Assembly: GCA_951406725.2 (NCBI GenBank)
Contig: OX597821.1
Location: forward strand, 51,584,001-51,648,000
Direction: 5' to 3'
DNA length: 64,000 nt
Origin: Octopus vulgaris
Taxonomy: Eukaryota
Shown here piece after piece: positions 14,208-26,444 of the stretch. Below the pieces are notes generated by a model that was not told the origin of the DNA, searched no databases, and saw nothing but the letters and a program-made list of their open reading frames with translations. Positions within the stretch are counted from its first letter, which is position 1, and every line of letters begins with the position of its first letter. Made by a program: the position numbers and the translations under genes.

Positions 14208-14975
14208 AACTAGGACAGGGGTTCACAATTAAAACTAGTTTCATTTGTGCCTCTGAGAACCTAATTTATGTAATAACCTGCTCGGGTTGCGGACACAACT
14301 ATATTGGACAAACGAGTATGACCTTGAGAAAGAGAACCACTCTACATAAAGAGCAAATCTGTTTCCTGCAATACAGGTAAATTCCTCTCAGTGACCATAT
14401 AGAAAAATGTGCAGATAACAGCAAACCAAATTTCGCAGTCTTCCCCTTCTACCAGTGCAAAGACTCAATATCTCCACACGAACGTTTAAATAAAGAAACT
14501 TTTTCATTGAAAAATACAGAACACGTCTTAATATGCACGCATAACCAACTTTTATCTCTTTACATATTTCAATTCACGATTACATCACTGTATATAAATT
14601 ATCTCACTAAACAAGGTCTTCGAAGCTTGTTTTTGTCTGTACATATATATTCCCATCCCATTACCGAAAGCTGAACAATTATCTCCCTTACCCACAACAA
14701 TAACGATAATAACGATAACCAATTACCTCCCCTTATTTATCTACTTATGAAGTCATTCACTCGTGAATATCATCACACACAACATGGGCAAAATTTATTC
14801 TTAAGAAAAAATACATATTCAAATAAGTAAAAAATATCATGAATAGCGATAGCGAAACCGGTCGATATATTAAGAATTGTTAAAACTATGTATGTGTGCG
14901 TTTTTGTTTAATTTTTTATATACATTACAACTCACCACGTGGGGATAATCGAAATTCCTCCCTTCTGTTACTACT
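14207..14975 (+). mobile_element. Penelope-like element 3' part: GIY-YIG endonuclease remnant plus downstream terminal region
   Basis: CASENLIYVITCSGCGHNYIGQTSMTLRKRTTLH..LSDHIEKC is a GIY-YIG domain with Cys/His motif. It has an in-frame stop, a downstream hammerhead and microsatellite flanks. Confidence 0.88.
14834..14868 (+). ncRNA. Minimal type I hammerhead ribozyme-like motif with A3-U8 core variant
   Basis: atatc-ATGAATA-gc[gata]gc-GAAA-c[cg]g-TC-gatat. Stems I, II and III all pair. Confidence 0.65.
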
Positions 14976-14991
14976 ATACACACACACACAA

Positions 14992-15039
<48 letters not shown>

Positions 15040-15789
15040 GACTAGCTTCTACAAAATCTACTCACAAATCTACTTTGCCCGGACTGTGGCTATAGTAAAA
15101 CAACACTTCTGAAAGTGCTGTGATGTGAGACTGAACCCGGAACCCTATGCGTAGGAGTGACCTTCATACCACGCAGTCGTGACATGATTATATATGTTTA
15201 TCGAATATACAATCTCACTCAATGACCTTGGCTACAGAAGTCAATAAGCTGTCATTCGTCCGTTTGTGTACGTTCGGTGTGTTTATAAATCATTGGCTAA
15301 ATAACACGAAAAGTTTGCTTCCCATGAACATAGACATCAGTACTTGTTTTATTCTGTCAATATACCAATATTTGTCTGGCGATTCAAAGAATTAGTGATT
15401 CACGTCAATGTTTTGTAAATAACTAGGAATGGTAGTGCAAATAGATAACTGGAGGCTACAGACTTGAATAATCAACTTTTACATCGTAATTTTATCGACA
15501 CAGTCTCTTTGAAATTGCAAATCAAGATCTTACTGTTATTCTACTAATCCCAAGAAGAATTTCGATATAGATAAATATAGATATGTACTTATCCTTATGA
15601 GACTTATACTGGTGACTTCTTTACATTTAGGCAAGCAAAAATACACACAAAACAAAGTCGTACGCACTGACACACAGGATATATCATATATATGTGTGTG
15701 TGCATCTGTGTGTGTGTGTGTGTAAGCAGAAATATATATGTGTGTGTGTGTGCATATATATATATGTACACACACACACTTATACATAG

Positions 15790-15822
<33 letters not shown>

Positions 15823-15960
15823 CATACATACATACATACATATATATGTATATATATGTATATATAAACTGCAGTATTGTATGATAATGATTCTCTTGTT
15901 AAGTATTCTTCCAAGTTTTTTTAATGAAGATTTTCGGAGTAAATTAATGATGGAAATGTA

Positions 15961-16004
<44 letters not shown>

Positions 16005-16313
16005 ACATACATACACACACTATAACCTCGCTCCGGACAAAGCACACACACACTTATATATAAATATCATCAGTAAATCATAATTCCGTAAAAGAAGCAC
16101 ACTAAAACATTAGAGAAATGATGCATTTAAAGGGTTATAACCGGTCAGAGTGTGACCATTTGTTTCGCACCTATAAAGCGCTTAGCTGTATTGTTATCGA
16201 GAGGCTACGTGCCTCCAGCCACTTAAGTTGGACGAGTCGCCAATACACCTACGAGTATCATCGGTGTGAAGGCAACAGTTACTCTATGACCGACCATAAT
16301 AAATAACCTTATA

Positions 16314-16362
<49 letters not shown>

Positions 16363-16458
16363 CGGGAAAGTTTACGAAAATAAACAAAAGACGAAGGCAG
16401 GTGGAGTACAAACAAACAAATGTATTAGTATAGCGCTCAGGAATAGAAATAGAAAAAG

Positions 16459-16496
16459 TCTTTTACGTTTCGAGCCTACGCTCTTCGACAGAAAGA
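16459..16496 (-). ncRNA. Minimal hammerhead-like motif (A6U core variant) in a PLE-type terminal remnant at about 16361-16570
   Basis: Reverse strand reads tcttt-CTGTCGA-a-gagc[gtag]gctc-GAAA-cg-TA-aaaga. Confidence 0.6.
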
Positions 16497-17753
16497 TACA
16501 CAGAAAAAAAACAAGGAGAGAAACAAAGAGAGAAAAAAATGCGTGTAGGAGCTAATGATCTATCATGGCGTCACACACACACATGTGTGTATATATATAT
16601 ATATATATAATTTTGGGAGTCTCTGATACTTGTAGAAGTAATGGAACCCGGTGTATTCTCAGATGTAGACGGCTGGATTGAAAGCATGGACGTAAGTGAA
16701 CTCTGCTAGAGTCATCCAAAAGCAAGCTGACAATATTAAACTGGGTGACAGTTAAAGCCGGTTACTCAACGATCTGTATATTCTATTGAAGTGAAACTTC
16801 AGCGCAGTTTCTGTCTACCCAGTTTAACTCACAAGAAATTGCTGAACCTCAAGTGTATAGTAGAATGGAATTGCCTAAGATAGAATGCAGTGGGTTTGAA
16901 CCCGGTATTACATCTCTGTCTTTGAGAAACACAAATTTTAACCACGCTGCCATATCCACACTAATTCCCATATTAAATGGTAACCGACACACTGCCCTGT
17001 CAATCTTATTAACAAGTAATCGAAATGAACTATCAACATTTAAGTATCTGTAACAAGGTCATAGCTGTGTATCGAACTCTAGATGTAAATATCACCTCGT
17101 TGCTCCTTCAGCTGACACTATGTAATAATAACTTCTTAAGCCACTGTTATTACTAATGCACTTTCACGCTGTATTTCTAAATATATGAATTCTATAATTC
17201 ACTCTGAAAATGAATTAACTTTCTTCCAATATTTCATAATAATATTTCCAATTAAGTCTTATTCACAGTAAAATATTCATTAAATTTATTGATGTAGAAT
17301 AATTTGCGGAAATATTTTAGCATATTTCCTCGTCTATTAACGACTCTCTACAGCATTCGTCGTTTCCAGTATTAAGAATTTGAAAGCATCCCTTCCTTGT
17401 TATGTTAATGCTGTAGAGAACAAGGAATGTGAAGACGTGACAGATAAAGTAGAGCGCCAATCTAAATATGTTGTAGTATATAGTTACGTATCGATTCCTC
17501 CTGATTTCAAATCAAGCTGAGATCGATCTTGCCCTTCAACCCTGCACATTGTTTTATCCTTTTTTCTAAAGAAACATGGTCCTACTACGTTTGTGTGTTA
17601 ATTCAATAGATTAGATCCGTCACCTATAAACGTGTAGTCTTCTACCTAGATAAGAATAATTTAGATAACACACAGACACACAGGCACATACACATGCATA
17701 CACATACTCACATATACGCACACGCACATATTCATGCACACACACACGCACAT

Positions 17754-17792
<39 letters not shown>

Positions 17793-18409
17793 ATGTTATT
17801 CACCAAACGATTTCAATTCCTCTATATTACGATAATTTATAGAAAGACGCAAATATGTTTTTTAACGTTGCTACCGCAATCTTACGAAAATATTCCAATT
17901 GCTGGAATAAATGTTATTTAGAATTCTTCTAGATAATGTATTTACAGTGAACTAATTTAACATTTATGTTATTTTGTGTTTCTATTTTGAGTTTTCCTTC
18001 AAAATTACTTTTGCCGCCGCGTTTAGGTGACTAATCTCTTTGTATCGATTTTAGTTTTAAAAAGTGAAGACTATTTTCTGTGAACCAGTATGTAATGTCC
18101 AATTTCTGGCGATCTGCTTGTCATGTGTAATAATTCTGCCGACTGAGAACAGACAAAAGGTGAATTCAACCCCGAAAATATAAAACTGTTTTAGGCTTAA
18201 TCAGAGTAAGAGGGGCAGCAACAACCATGATTTTTGCAGTGAGTCTAAGAAGTGCTGTTGGAGGAAACCATGATTGATTGACTACTCTCAGAACTCAGAG
18301 TTTGTGTCAATGTTTGCAACAGAATCGACTGTATCAAAAGCACGTATAACAGGCAGGCTGTTGGTGTTACTATGGAGACTCATTGCGAATCGATATCATC
18401 TATGTTTTC

Positions 18410-18612
18410 AAGTGTAGGCACAAGCAATTATTTGCGCGAGGGATAATTCAATTAGATCGACCCTCGTGCTCAACTGGTACATATTTTATCGATCCTGATA
18501 GGATGAAAAGCAAAGTCGGTCTCGGTGGAATTTGACCTCAGAACGTAAAAACGGACGACATACCTCTAAGCATTTTACGTGACGCGATAACGATTCTGCC
18601 AGCTTGCCGCTT
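18410..18612 (-). mobile_element. Major SINE family copy
   Basis: ggatgaaaagcaaagtcggtctcggtggaatttgacctcagaacg...gattctgccagcttgccgc. Confidence 0.85.
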
Positions 18613-21387
18613 TCATCTACACAAATATTAGTCAGGTAAACATAATCCTAATACTCCAAAAATGTTGTCCTCGAATATCTTACTTATATTAAAGTCTTAC
18701 TTGAAATACGAACATGTTGAAGTTGTTGATAATATAACGTACCACCTGAGTAAGTTTCTTCTTCATATACCAGAATGCAACGACAGTTAGCGAGGTAATA
18801 ATGAGTTTACTCAGTCGCTAATGCACACGCACACACATACACACTCACACAAATGTCAAGACAAGTTCTGATCATGAGTTCACAGAGTATTATTAGGCGG
18901 TAGTCTGATATAAACAGGTGTCGCAGTACTCTTAGTTAATGTATTAAACATATTAAACATCTCAAAATCACGTAACTACCTGTACTCACTAACAAAAACA
19001 TATCTATAGCGGTGCCAAATCGCAATATCTACTTTTAATATACACCACCACCACCACCACCACCAAGCATATGTGCCTGCGTGTGTGTGCACACGTCCAT
19101 AGACATGTACATAATGTATGCTTGTTTGTTTTGTAGATGTGTGTGTATATAATTTTTTGAAGATGTTTCGTTTTACTTCTACTGAAGAATCGTCCGTAAA
19201 GATGTAACTCTCAAACTTTAAGTGATGACGGCGTGAACCGCCAGGCGCACACGTTTTGTTGTTTCACCATAGATGGAAAATAAAACTGATATGATTGTAA
19301 AGGGACTTAATGAAACATGGAAACAAATGCCACAAATATTTTGTTTTTGATGCACAGAATCTACCAACTCACACTTATTTGTAATCGCTTGGACAATGAA
19401 TCAATTTTTTTACACAAAGTAGTCATTGCTCATTAATCGCAGTTTGGTTATATGGGTGTCGTGTGATATTCCTATTTACAAAAATTCTCAAATGAATAAA
19501 TAGGAGTTGATTAATATGAGTGTTGAAGTCCTGTTTTTGTTATCTGGGAAATACTGGCTTTAAAGGAGTTTCAGATCGTAACCTCCTACGTAGGTAATAC
19601 TTGAAAATTTGCTATGTTCTTTGTTTTAGCCATAAATATCAAAGTCGTTGGACAGTAGAACAAAAGAAAAATGAAAGGAAAAATGTAAAATAGTCTTTAA
19701 AAACTGTCGAAAAGATAATTCAGAGATTAAAGTGCAAAGCTTGACGTAGTTCAGCCATACGCTGACATTTTTTATGAATCGCATGACTATGGAAAACCGC
19801 ATAGAATCTAGGAAAAAAAATTGTTAGAAAACCTATCTCTGAACAGAGATTATATACCAAAATATATTCTTATCATTTAATATAAATTACAAAATGACAT
19901 ATCAAATTACATATATTATTCAGGAATTCGCAATGATAAGAGCTTTGTAAAGAAATCTAGACGCAAAGTAATGTAGAGTTGTTTCGTCTATTTTGAACGG
20001 AAATACAAGTGCTCACGCAAAAATAACATGTAATATGTTATGGATAGAGCAGACAAAAATTATCCATCTCTCAGTACGAAGTTAGTAGAATTGATCTATA
20101 TGAATGGAATTATTTACGATTCCGCATTTCTTTCTGTGAGCTGCAATCAGTTAAAGTAACTGAAGACTATCTCTGATATGTATGTATGTATGAATGTATG
20201 AATGTATGTATGTATGTATGTACGTACGTACATATGTGTGTATGTATATACGTATAATATATATATGCACACACATAGGTTTATATATATGTATGTGTGT
20301 TTATAAATGAACATATGTATATGCGTGTGTGTGCATAAATATGTGTGTGTATGTATGTATGTATGTATGTATGTATGTATGTATATGATGTAAACATATC
20401 TATGTGTGTATATGACGATATACATACATACGTACATACATATATATATATGTTTGGCTGCTGAATGAGAACGTTGTACGTAAATTGTGTGTTGTGAAGT
20501 ATTCATATATTCACACTATAAGACATTTGTTTTCCTGCCTTGGTAATTTATTAAAAAATTCTGTTGTTTGTGATTACAAATAACTACGTCTACTTCTTTA
20601 AATCTATTTATATTCCGCTGCAATTTTACTTACCTTGAGCGTTTACAGAGAAACAATGTCATTCTATTTTCAAAAATGCTTCACTCATTGTTTTATGCTT
20701 AGTTGTCACGTTTAATTCTCAAACTAATAAGTATTTGATTTTTAGGAACAACTCACTCTGCTAATACAAATAGTAAATCTTATGTAAACTTTGAAAAAGT
20801 TTACTGTACTACGTCCATCGATTATCTGTTTGTACGGATGTGGTTTTTATTATTGATTCAATAGTTACAGTGTTTACATTCACTATAAGTTGATTTATAA
20901 ATCTCTTATTGGAATGCTGAAATATTAATTAATTTCTTGTAAGATTTCTTAAATTTTAGATGTTTTGATAAATTGCCGATTGATATTCCCAGTTTAGGCG
21001 GTAGTGTCTTTTTTTTTTCATACATATCTTTCCTTCACATGTCTGCTTATTTTAGGTATCTCTAGAGATTTTCTGTAGAGATTATAGCTAGCACTGATTT
21101 GTTACGACGTTTCGCATCCGTATGATATAAGCAACAAGATCGAAATGGAAAAATAGGTATATTCATAATTCAAGAGTTCTTGCTCCTTTATCATCAGCAC
21201 CACATCCAACCTGTTAACCATCCACAAACTTATTGCTTACATAACCACTAAATACACCAGTCTAACGTTATTGAATATACCAAATTTACATATTAAACAC
21301 ATTCCTGGCAGCTGGTACGTACATGTTAATGACTTGTTAGGGCCACCGTATTTCGTTATGCAACCATTATATACTACAAAATATATT

Positions 21388-22144
21388 CTTTTCTACTCTC
21401 GGCACATGGCCCGAAATGTTTGGGGCGGCGGCCAGTCGATTAGATCGACACCGAAAAGATGAAAGACAAAGTCGACCTTGGTGTAATTTGAACACAGAAC
21501 GTAAAGACATACGAAATACCTATTTCTTTACTACCCACAAGGGGCTAAACACAGAGAGGTTAAACAAGGACAGACAAACGGATTAAGTCGATTATATCGA
21601 CTCCAGTGCGTAACAGGTACTTATTCAATCGACCCCGAAAGTATGAAAGGCAAAGTCGACCTCGGCGGAATTTGAACTCAGAACGTAGCGGCAGACGAGA
21701 TACCGCTAAGCATTTCGCCCGGCATGTTAATGTTTCTTATTTCTTTATTGCCCACAAGGGGACAAACGACGACAGACAAAGGGATCAAGTCGATTACATC
21801 AACTCCAGTGTGTAACTGGTACTTAATTTATCAACCCCGAAAAGGATGAAAGGCAAAGTCGACCTCGGCTGAATTTGAACTCAGAACGTAACGGCAGACG
21901 AAATACCTATTTCTTTACTACCCACAAGGGGCTAAACACAGAGAGGACAAACAAAGACAGGCAAATGGATTAAGTCGATTAGATCGACCCCAGTACATAA
22001 CTGGTACTTAATTTATCGACCCCGAAAGGATGAAAGGCACAGTCGATCTCGGCGGAATTTGAACTCAGAACGTAGCTGCAGACGAAATACCGCTCAGACT
22101 TTCGCCCGGCGTGTTAACGTTTCTGCCAGCTCGCCGCCTTATGA
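21388..22144 (-). mobile_element. Major SINE multimer with a 13-bp TSD
   Basis: About 4 tandem bodies and one terminal head. tacaaaatatatt occurs at 21375-21387 and 22145-22157. Confidence 0.9.
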
Positions 22145-22276
22145 TACAAAATATATTAAATGCTTTAAAAGTCAATGTTGTGTCTTACTGATAAAATTGG
22201 TATATCGAATAATGTTACACCGCTATATTTAATAACAATTTAAGCAATGAATTCGTGGATGTTTAATGGGTTGAAC

Positions 22277-22322
22277 GTGTTACTGAAGAAGGAGCAAGAA
22301 TTCCTGAAATATGCATATACAC
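22277..22322 (+). ncRNA. Hammerhead ribozyme-like motif
   Basis: gtgtta-CTGAAGA-aggag[caagaa]ttcct-GAAA-t[atgc]a-TA-tacac. The core is intact and stem I has one bulge. Confidence 0.6.
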
Positions 22323-22649
22323 CCTAATTTTCCATCTTCGATCGCATTGTTGTCTACATTAGACGTCGTAGCAAATCAGTACTGGCTATAATTTTTATTG
22401 AAATCCTGTAGAGTTAACCTCAGCAAGTACACTATATTTGTTTCATACTAAAAGTAACCTACCAATAGTAGATCTCCGAATTTCTTTATACCGAGTTCAG
22501 ATAATTTAGAGTTGTATTTTTGATATTTTGTGAAGTGATTTATTAAATACCAGTAATGTATCGGTTTAATTCAATAAACCATACAGTCCATTATAGCTAT
22601 TCTTCATATCAAAGACAAAAGAATATATGCTAACTTATAGCTTATAAAC

Positions 22650-23032
22650 GCAGGCGTGACTATATGGTGAGAAGTCTGCTTCTCAACCACATGGTTTCAG
22701 ACTCAATCCCACTGCATGGCATCTTAGGCAAGTGTTTTCTATTATAGCTTCGGTTCAACCAAAGTTTTGTGAGTGGATTCTGTAGACAGAAGAAGCCCGT
22801 CATATATGTGTGGGTGGGTGCGCGCTTGCACGCCCCCTTTTGTTCCTGTGTTCGTGTTCCTACAACCATTTTGACAACCGATATTTGTGTTTTTATGCCT
22901 CAGCAACATTTGCGGTGGTATCAGGCTTTAACTAAGATAAGTGCTGTACAAGAAACCGTCGCGTAAAAATTCTTTAAGGTGATACTCCGACCTAGCCGCA
23001 GTCTAATGACTGAAACAAGTAAAAGATAAAAG
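22650..23032 (+). mobile_element. Second-family SINE copy
   Basis: aaccacatggtttc..ggcaagtgttttct..gtgagtggatt..gccgcagtctaatgactgaaacaagtaaaaga. Confidence 0.8.
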
Positions 23033-23184
23033 GTATATGATAGCGGTATCAATCTCATCTACTCTCACTCTCTGTCAAGATCTTCGTCCGGTCAATTCAG
23101 CCAAAGACTTCTTACAAACTCTAATACATGGCGTTTCGTAGCTGAATGCTACCCTTTTCCTCTCGACCAATATCTATCTTAAAC

Positions 23185-23385
23185 AGGGTGGCGTGCTGGC
23201 AGAATCGTTGGCATGCCTGTTAAAATGTTCAGCGGCATTTCGTTCGATTTTACATTACGAGTTCATATTCCGCCGGAGTCGACTTCACATTTCAGCCTTT
23301 CGAGATTGACAAAATAAGCATCAGTTGGTGTAATCGACTTACCCACTCCTCAGAAACTGCTGGTCTTGTACCAAAATTAGAAAGT
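23185..23385 (+). mobile_element. Major SINE family copy, degraded
   Basis: gctggcagaatcgtt..gagttcatattccgccggagtcgac..cttgtaccaaaattagaaa. Confidence 0.8.
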
Positions 23386-23514
23386 GATATCTAATTCAAA
23401 TCAGAAAAATAGGACAGCATGTCCCCTTCCTTAGAACGAATCTCATTTCATGATTCTAACCTGTTTCACTAGCATTCGACAATTAACTATAATAGTTCTA
23501 TGCTTCTAGTAGTG

Positions 23515-23574
<60 letters not shown>

Positions 23575-23651
23575 AAGAAATGTTCGTAACATGCATGTAT
23601 TTTGCTTATTTCATCTTCATCACCGCTTAGTATTTCACTTTTATTCAATAG

Positions 23652-23790
23652 GTTGTCGCAAACTACTATGGAAGAACAAAAATGTATGAACCTGTTCAGA
23701 ATAAAAGGATTCATTGGCCAGGTGGTCGGCAAGAAGCACCGCCAGATACACCGAAATGTGGCTTTGATGGTTCTAAATGCCCCCCAGAAC
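23652..23790 (+). CDS. Internal exon of the same receptor guanylyl cyclase, juxtamembrane Cys hinge
   Basis: Acceptor ttcaatag| and donor |gtaagt. 139 nt, phase 0 to 1. Encodes VVANYYGRTKMYEPVQNKRIHWPGGRQEAPPDTPKCGFDGSKCPPE, with the family motif WPxGxxPPDxPxCGFDxxxC. This frame is not in the ORF track. Confidence 0.95.
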
Positions 23791-24004
23791 GTAAGTAACA
23801 TTTTTAACTGCCGATTTTTTATATAATTTGTATATAATTTCTAAGCTTTCTTTTGAGATATAGAGAGCTAGAATTAAGTGTTAGATATCTGTTAGATATA
23901 GATATATGAAAATCTTCTAAATCCAAGATACGTATCAACAACTATCTTTTAACACACTATACTTTATTTGTAGGTTTTAATACTGGTACAATTGTACTGA
24001 ATAT

Positions 24005-24228
24005 TAAGGCGGCGAGCTGGCAGAATCGTTAGCACGCCGGGCGAAATGCTTAGCGGTATTTCGTCTGCCGTTACGTTCTGAGTTTAAATTCAGCCGAGGT
24101 CGACTTTGCCTTTCATCCTTTCAGGGTCGATAAATTAAGTACCAGTTACGCACTGGGTTCGATCTGATCGACTTAATCCTTTTGTTTGTTCCCTCTATGT
24201 TTAGCCCCTTGTTGGCAATAAAGAAATA
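24005..24228 (+). mobile_element. Young monomeric major SINE with a perfect 17-bp TSD
   Basis: acaattgtactgaatat at 23988-24004 and 24229-24245. Head aaggcggcgagctggcagaatcgttagc. Confidence 0.93.
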
Positions 24229-24522
24229 ACAATTGTACTGAATATAGTATTACATTATATATTTATATATCTTTACACATGTCCATGTGACAGTTACGCT
24301 ATACATTATATCTAAGGCAATCATCATGAGCAACGATGAAATAAGTATCAGTTGAGCATTGCTGTCAATGTAAACGATTACTCCTTTAGTATGAATTTTT
24401 TGAACTGGCATTTATTTTAGAGAGTTAATAGAATATATGGATATCGAATGCACTGGTTAAATGTGAGGCACTCTATTACTCTCACACACGTGCTGCTTTC
24501 CTTCTCTGCGCCTTTCTGGTTT

Positions 24523-24560
24523 CCTTTCTGATGAAGAGCTATGCTCGAAACTTCAAAAAC
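24523..24560 (+). ncRNA. Degenerate minimal hammerhead-like motif
   Basis: ttt-CTGATGA-a-gagc[tat]gctc-GAAA-ct-TC-aaa. Same gagc/gctc stem II as the copy at 16459; stem III is disrupted. Confidence 0.5.
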
Positions 24561-24667
24561 TTTCTCTTTTTTCCACCTTTATCAAGCAAATTAATACATT
24601 CTCTTGTTTTGTTATTGTTATTCATAATGTCCGATTATTCGATTTGTCTCTCTCTCTCTCTCTCCCC

Positions 24668-24769
<102 letters not shown>

Positions 24770-24774
24770 GTAAG

Positions 24775-25055
24775 TCAGAAATGGAATAACGGAACAAAAC
24801 AATACATTGAGCAGTTGTAAATTCAATTTAAATATTTTATACGAGCAAATAGTTAAGAAGTTCTGTTAATCTGATGAAGCATCATTACAGATTCAAACGG
24901 TATTCGAATTTTCTTGAAAAACTTTGTTTATGAATGAAGCGGAAACAGGTGTAATTTATGAGATGTATCATTTGTTTGTATAAAATATTTACATTGAATT
25001 GAATCTATAATTGTTCAATTTATTGTTTTGTTTTGTTTTTCCATCTTTCATTGAC
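24775..25055 (+). mobile_element. (TA)n-adjacent fold-back element with arms of about 70-75 bp and a central hammerhead-like motif
   Basis: 24781-24850 pairs with 24970-25044. The centre reads aat-CTGATGA-a-gcatcatt...aatgaagc-g-GAAAC-aggt-GTA-att. Confidence 0.65.
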
Positions 25056-25585
25056 ATTTATATGTTAATAAGCTGTATGTTTATTTTATTTACCTATTGA
25101 AGTAACATTGTTATTGATATACGTAATATAAACTAGTAAATTCTTCGGACATGTTATATCTTTTAGGGATATTTGCACCTAGCTAATCTGTTATGTATAT
25201 ATATATATATACACACATATATACATATACGTACATACATGTATATGTATTTATATATACATACATACTACATACTTACATACATAATACATATGTACAT
25301 ACATAATACATACATACATACATACATACATACATACATACATGCATACATACATATAGTTAAGAATAGAAAAATTTATGTATGGGAATCTCACAGGTGG
25401 AAGCAATGCTAGAATTTGAATAGCTTTTTCGTGGTTTTGAATTTAACGCCCATTTCTAGCATGATGGAAAACTACTCAGTGGCTTTCCGTCAGAGTATAA
25501 CTCTTATACACACATATAATATACTAAGTTTTGCAATCTACAAACATTTTTACTCACGCTGGCTACGCGTTAAAAATTAGTATTT

Positions 25586-25687
25586 AATTTTTACACTGTA
25601 TTTAAAAAATAATGATATGTATGTATATATATATATATATATATATATACATACATATCATTATTTTTTAGATACGGTGTAAAAATT
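25586..25687. repeat. Spacerless 102-bp palindrome centred on (TA)n
   Basis: aatttttacactgtatttaaaaaataatgatatgtatg-(TA)n-catacatatcattattttttagatacggtgtaaaaatt, with 2 mismatches. Confidence 0.9.
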
Positions 25688-25927
25688 GCGAGAAAGAGAG
25701 AAAGAGCAAAATAGCTAGTTCTAAAATCTCTAAACGAGATGTTATAAGTAGTAACATTTCTAGACAGTAATATTTTTTGCTACTATAGGGTGGCAGTTCT
25801 ATACAGAACTATGTTACTCCAGTTTAACCCCAGGAAAACATCTTTTCTAGCTGGTTAACGAGACACAACCTGTGTCTGGTATACTGTGAGCAAGGTAGAG
25901 AACCACTCCCTTCCGTCTTGACAAGAG

Positions 25928-25970
25928 CAGTAGACCATGGTTTCTAGGCTTTTACCCTTCATCAGTACAG
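25928..25970 (-). ncRNA. Hammerhead ribozyme-like motif in an element (about 25805-25980) homologous to the centre of 11512-12000
   Basis: Reverse strand reads ctgta-CTGATGA-a-gggt[aaaa]gcct-a-GAAA-cc[at]gg-TC-tactg. Stem III is the palindrome ACCATGGT. Confidence 0.7.
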
Positions 25971-26444
25971 GATACCTGCGTGCTAGAGATGTGTTTGATA
26001 TCCAACGTATTGCTTGTCAAAAATTGAGGTCAATATCTTTATTTCTGTTTACAACTTTTTAGCTTCAACCGCTGATCTCGTAACGAGCAAAGTAGCTTCT
26101 TCTAAAATCTCTATACAAGATGTACGTAGGAACAATACCAGATAACTATAACGTGGCTCACGCACACAGACTTACATACCTACACACACAACACACACAC
26201 ACACACACACACACACATATTCCACTCACTCATAACATAACTATATTATGTATTAGGAGCGATGTAAAAAGTTATTTTTCTCAACCTCAAGGTTTCGGGT
26301 TCAGTCCCATTAAGTGAGCTCTTGGACAAATGTGTTCAACTATAATCGTAGGTCATGTGTGTGGATGTCGTAGGCGAGAACTGAAGTACTCCCGTCACAT
26401 GCACACAAACACACACACAAACACACACACATTTATATATACAA

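Larger units (their letters stand above)
13615..15180 (-). mobile_element. Second-family SINE copy, interrupted by a third SINE and by a Penelope-like fragment
   Basis: Tail at about 13615-13665 and 13918-14085; head at about 15035-15180. Confidence 0.65.
21040..22440. mobile_element. Old fold-back element (arms at about 21040-21300 and 22180-22440) with a hammerhead-like motif in each arm
   Basis: The arms are reverse-complement homologues sharing gtggatg..ctgaNga..aggagcaagaa..tttccat..acgtcgtaNcaaatcagt..gctataat. Confidence 0.65.
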
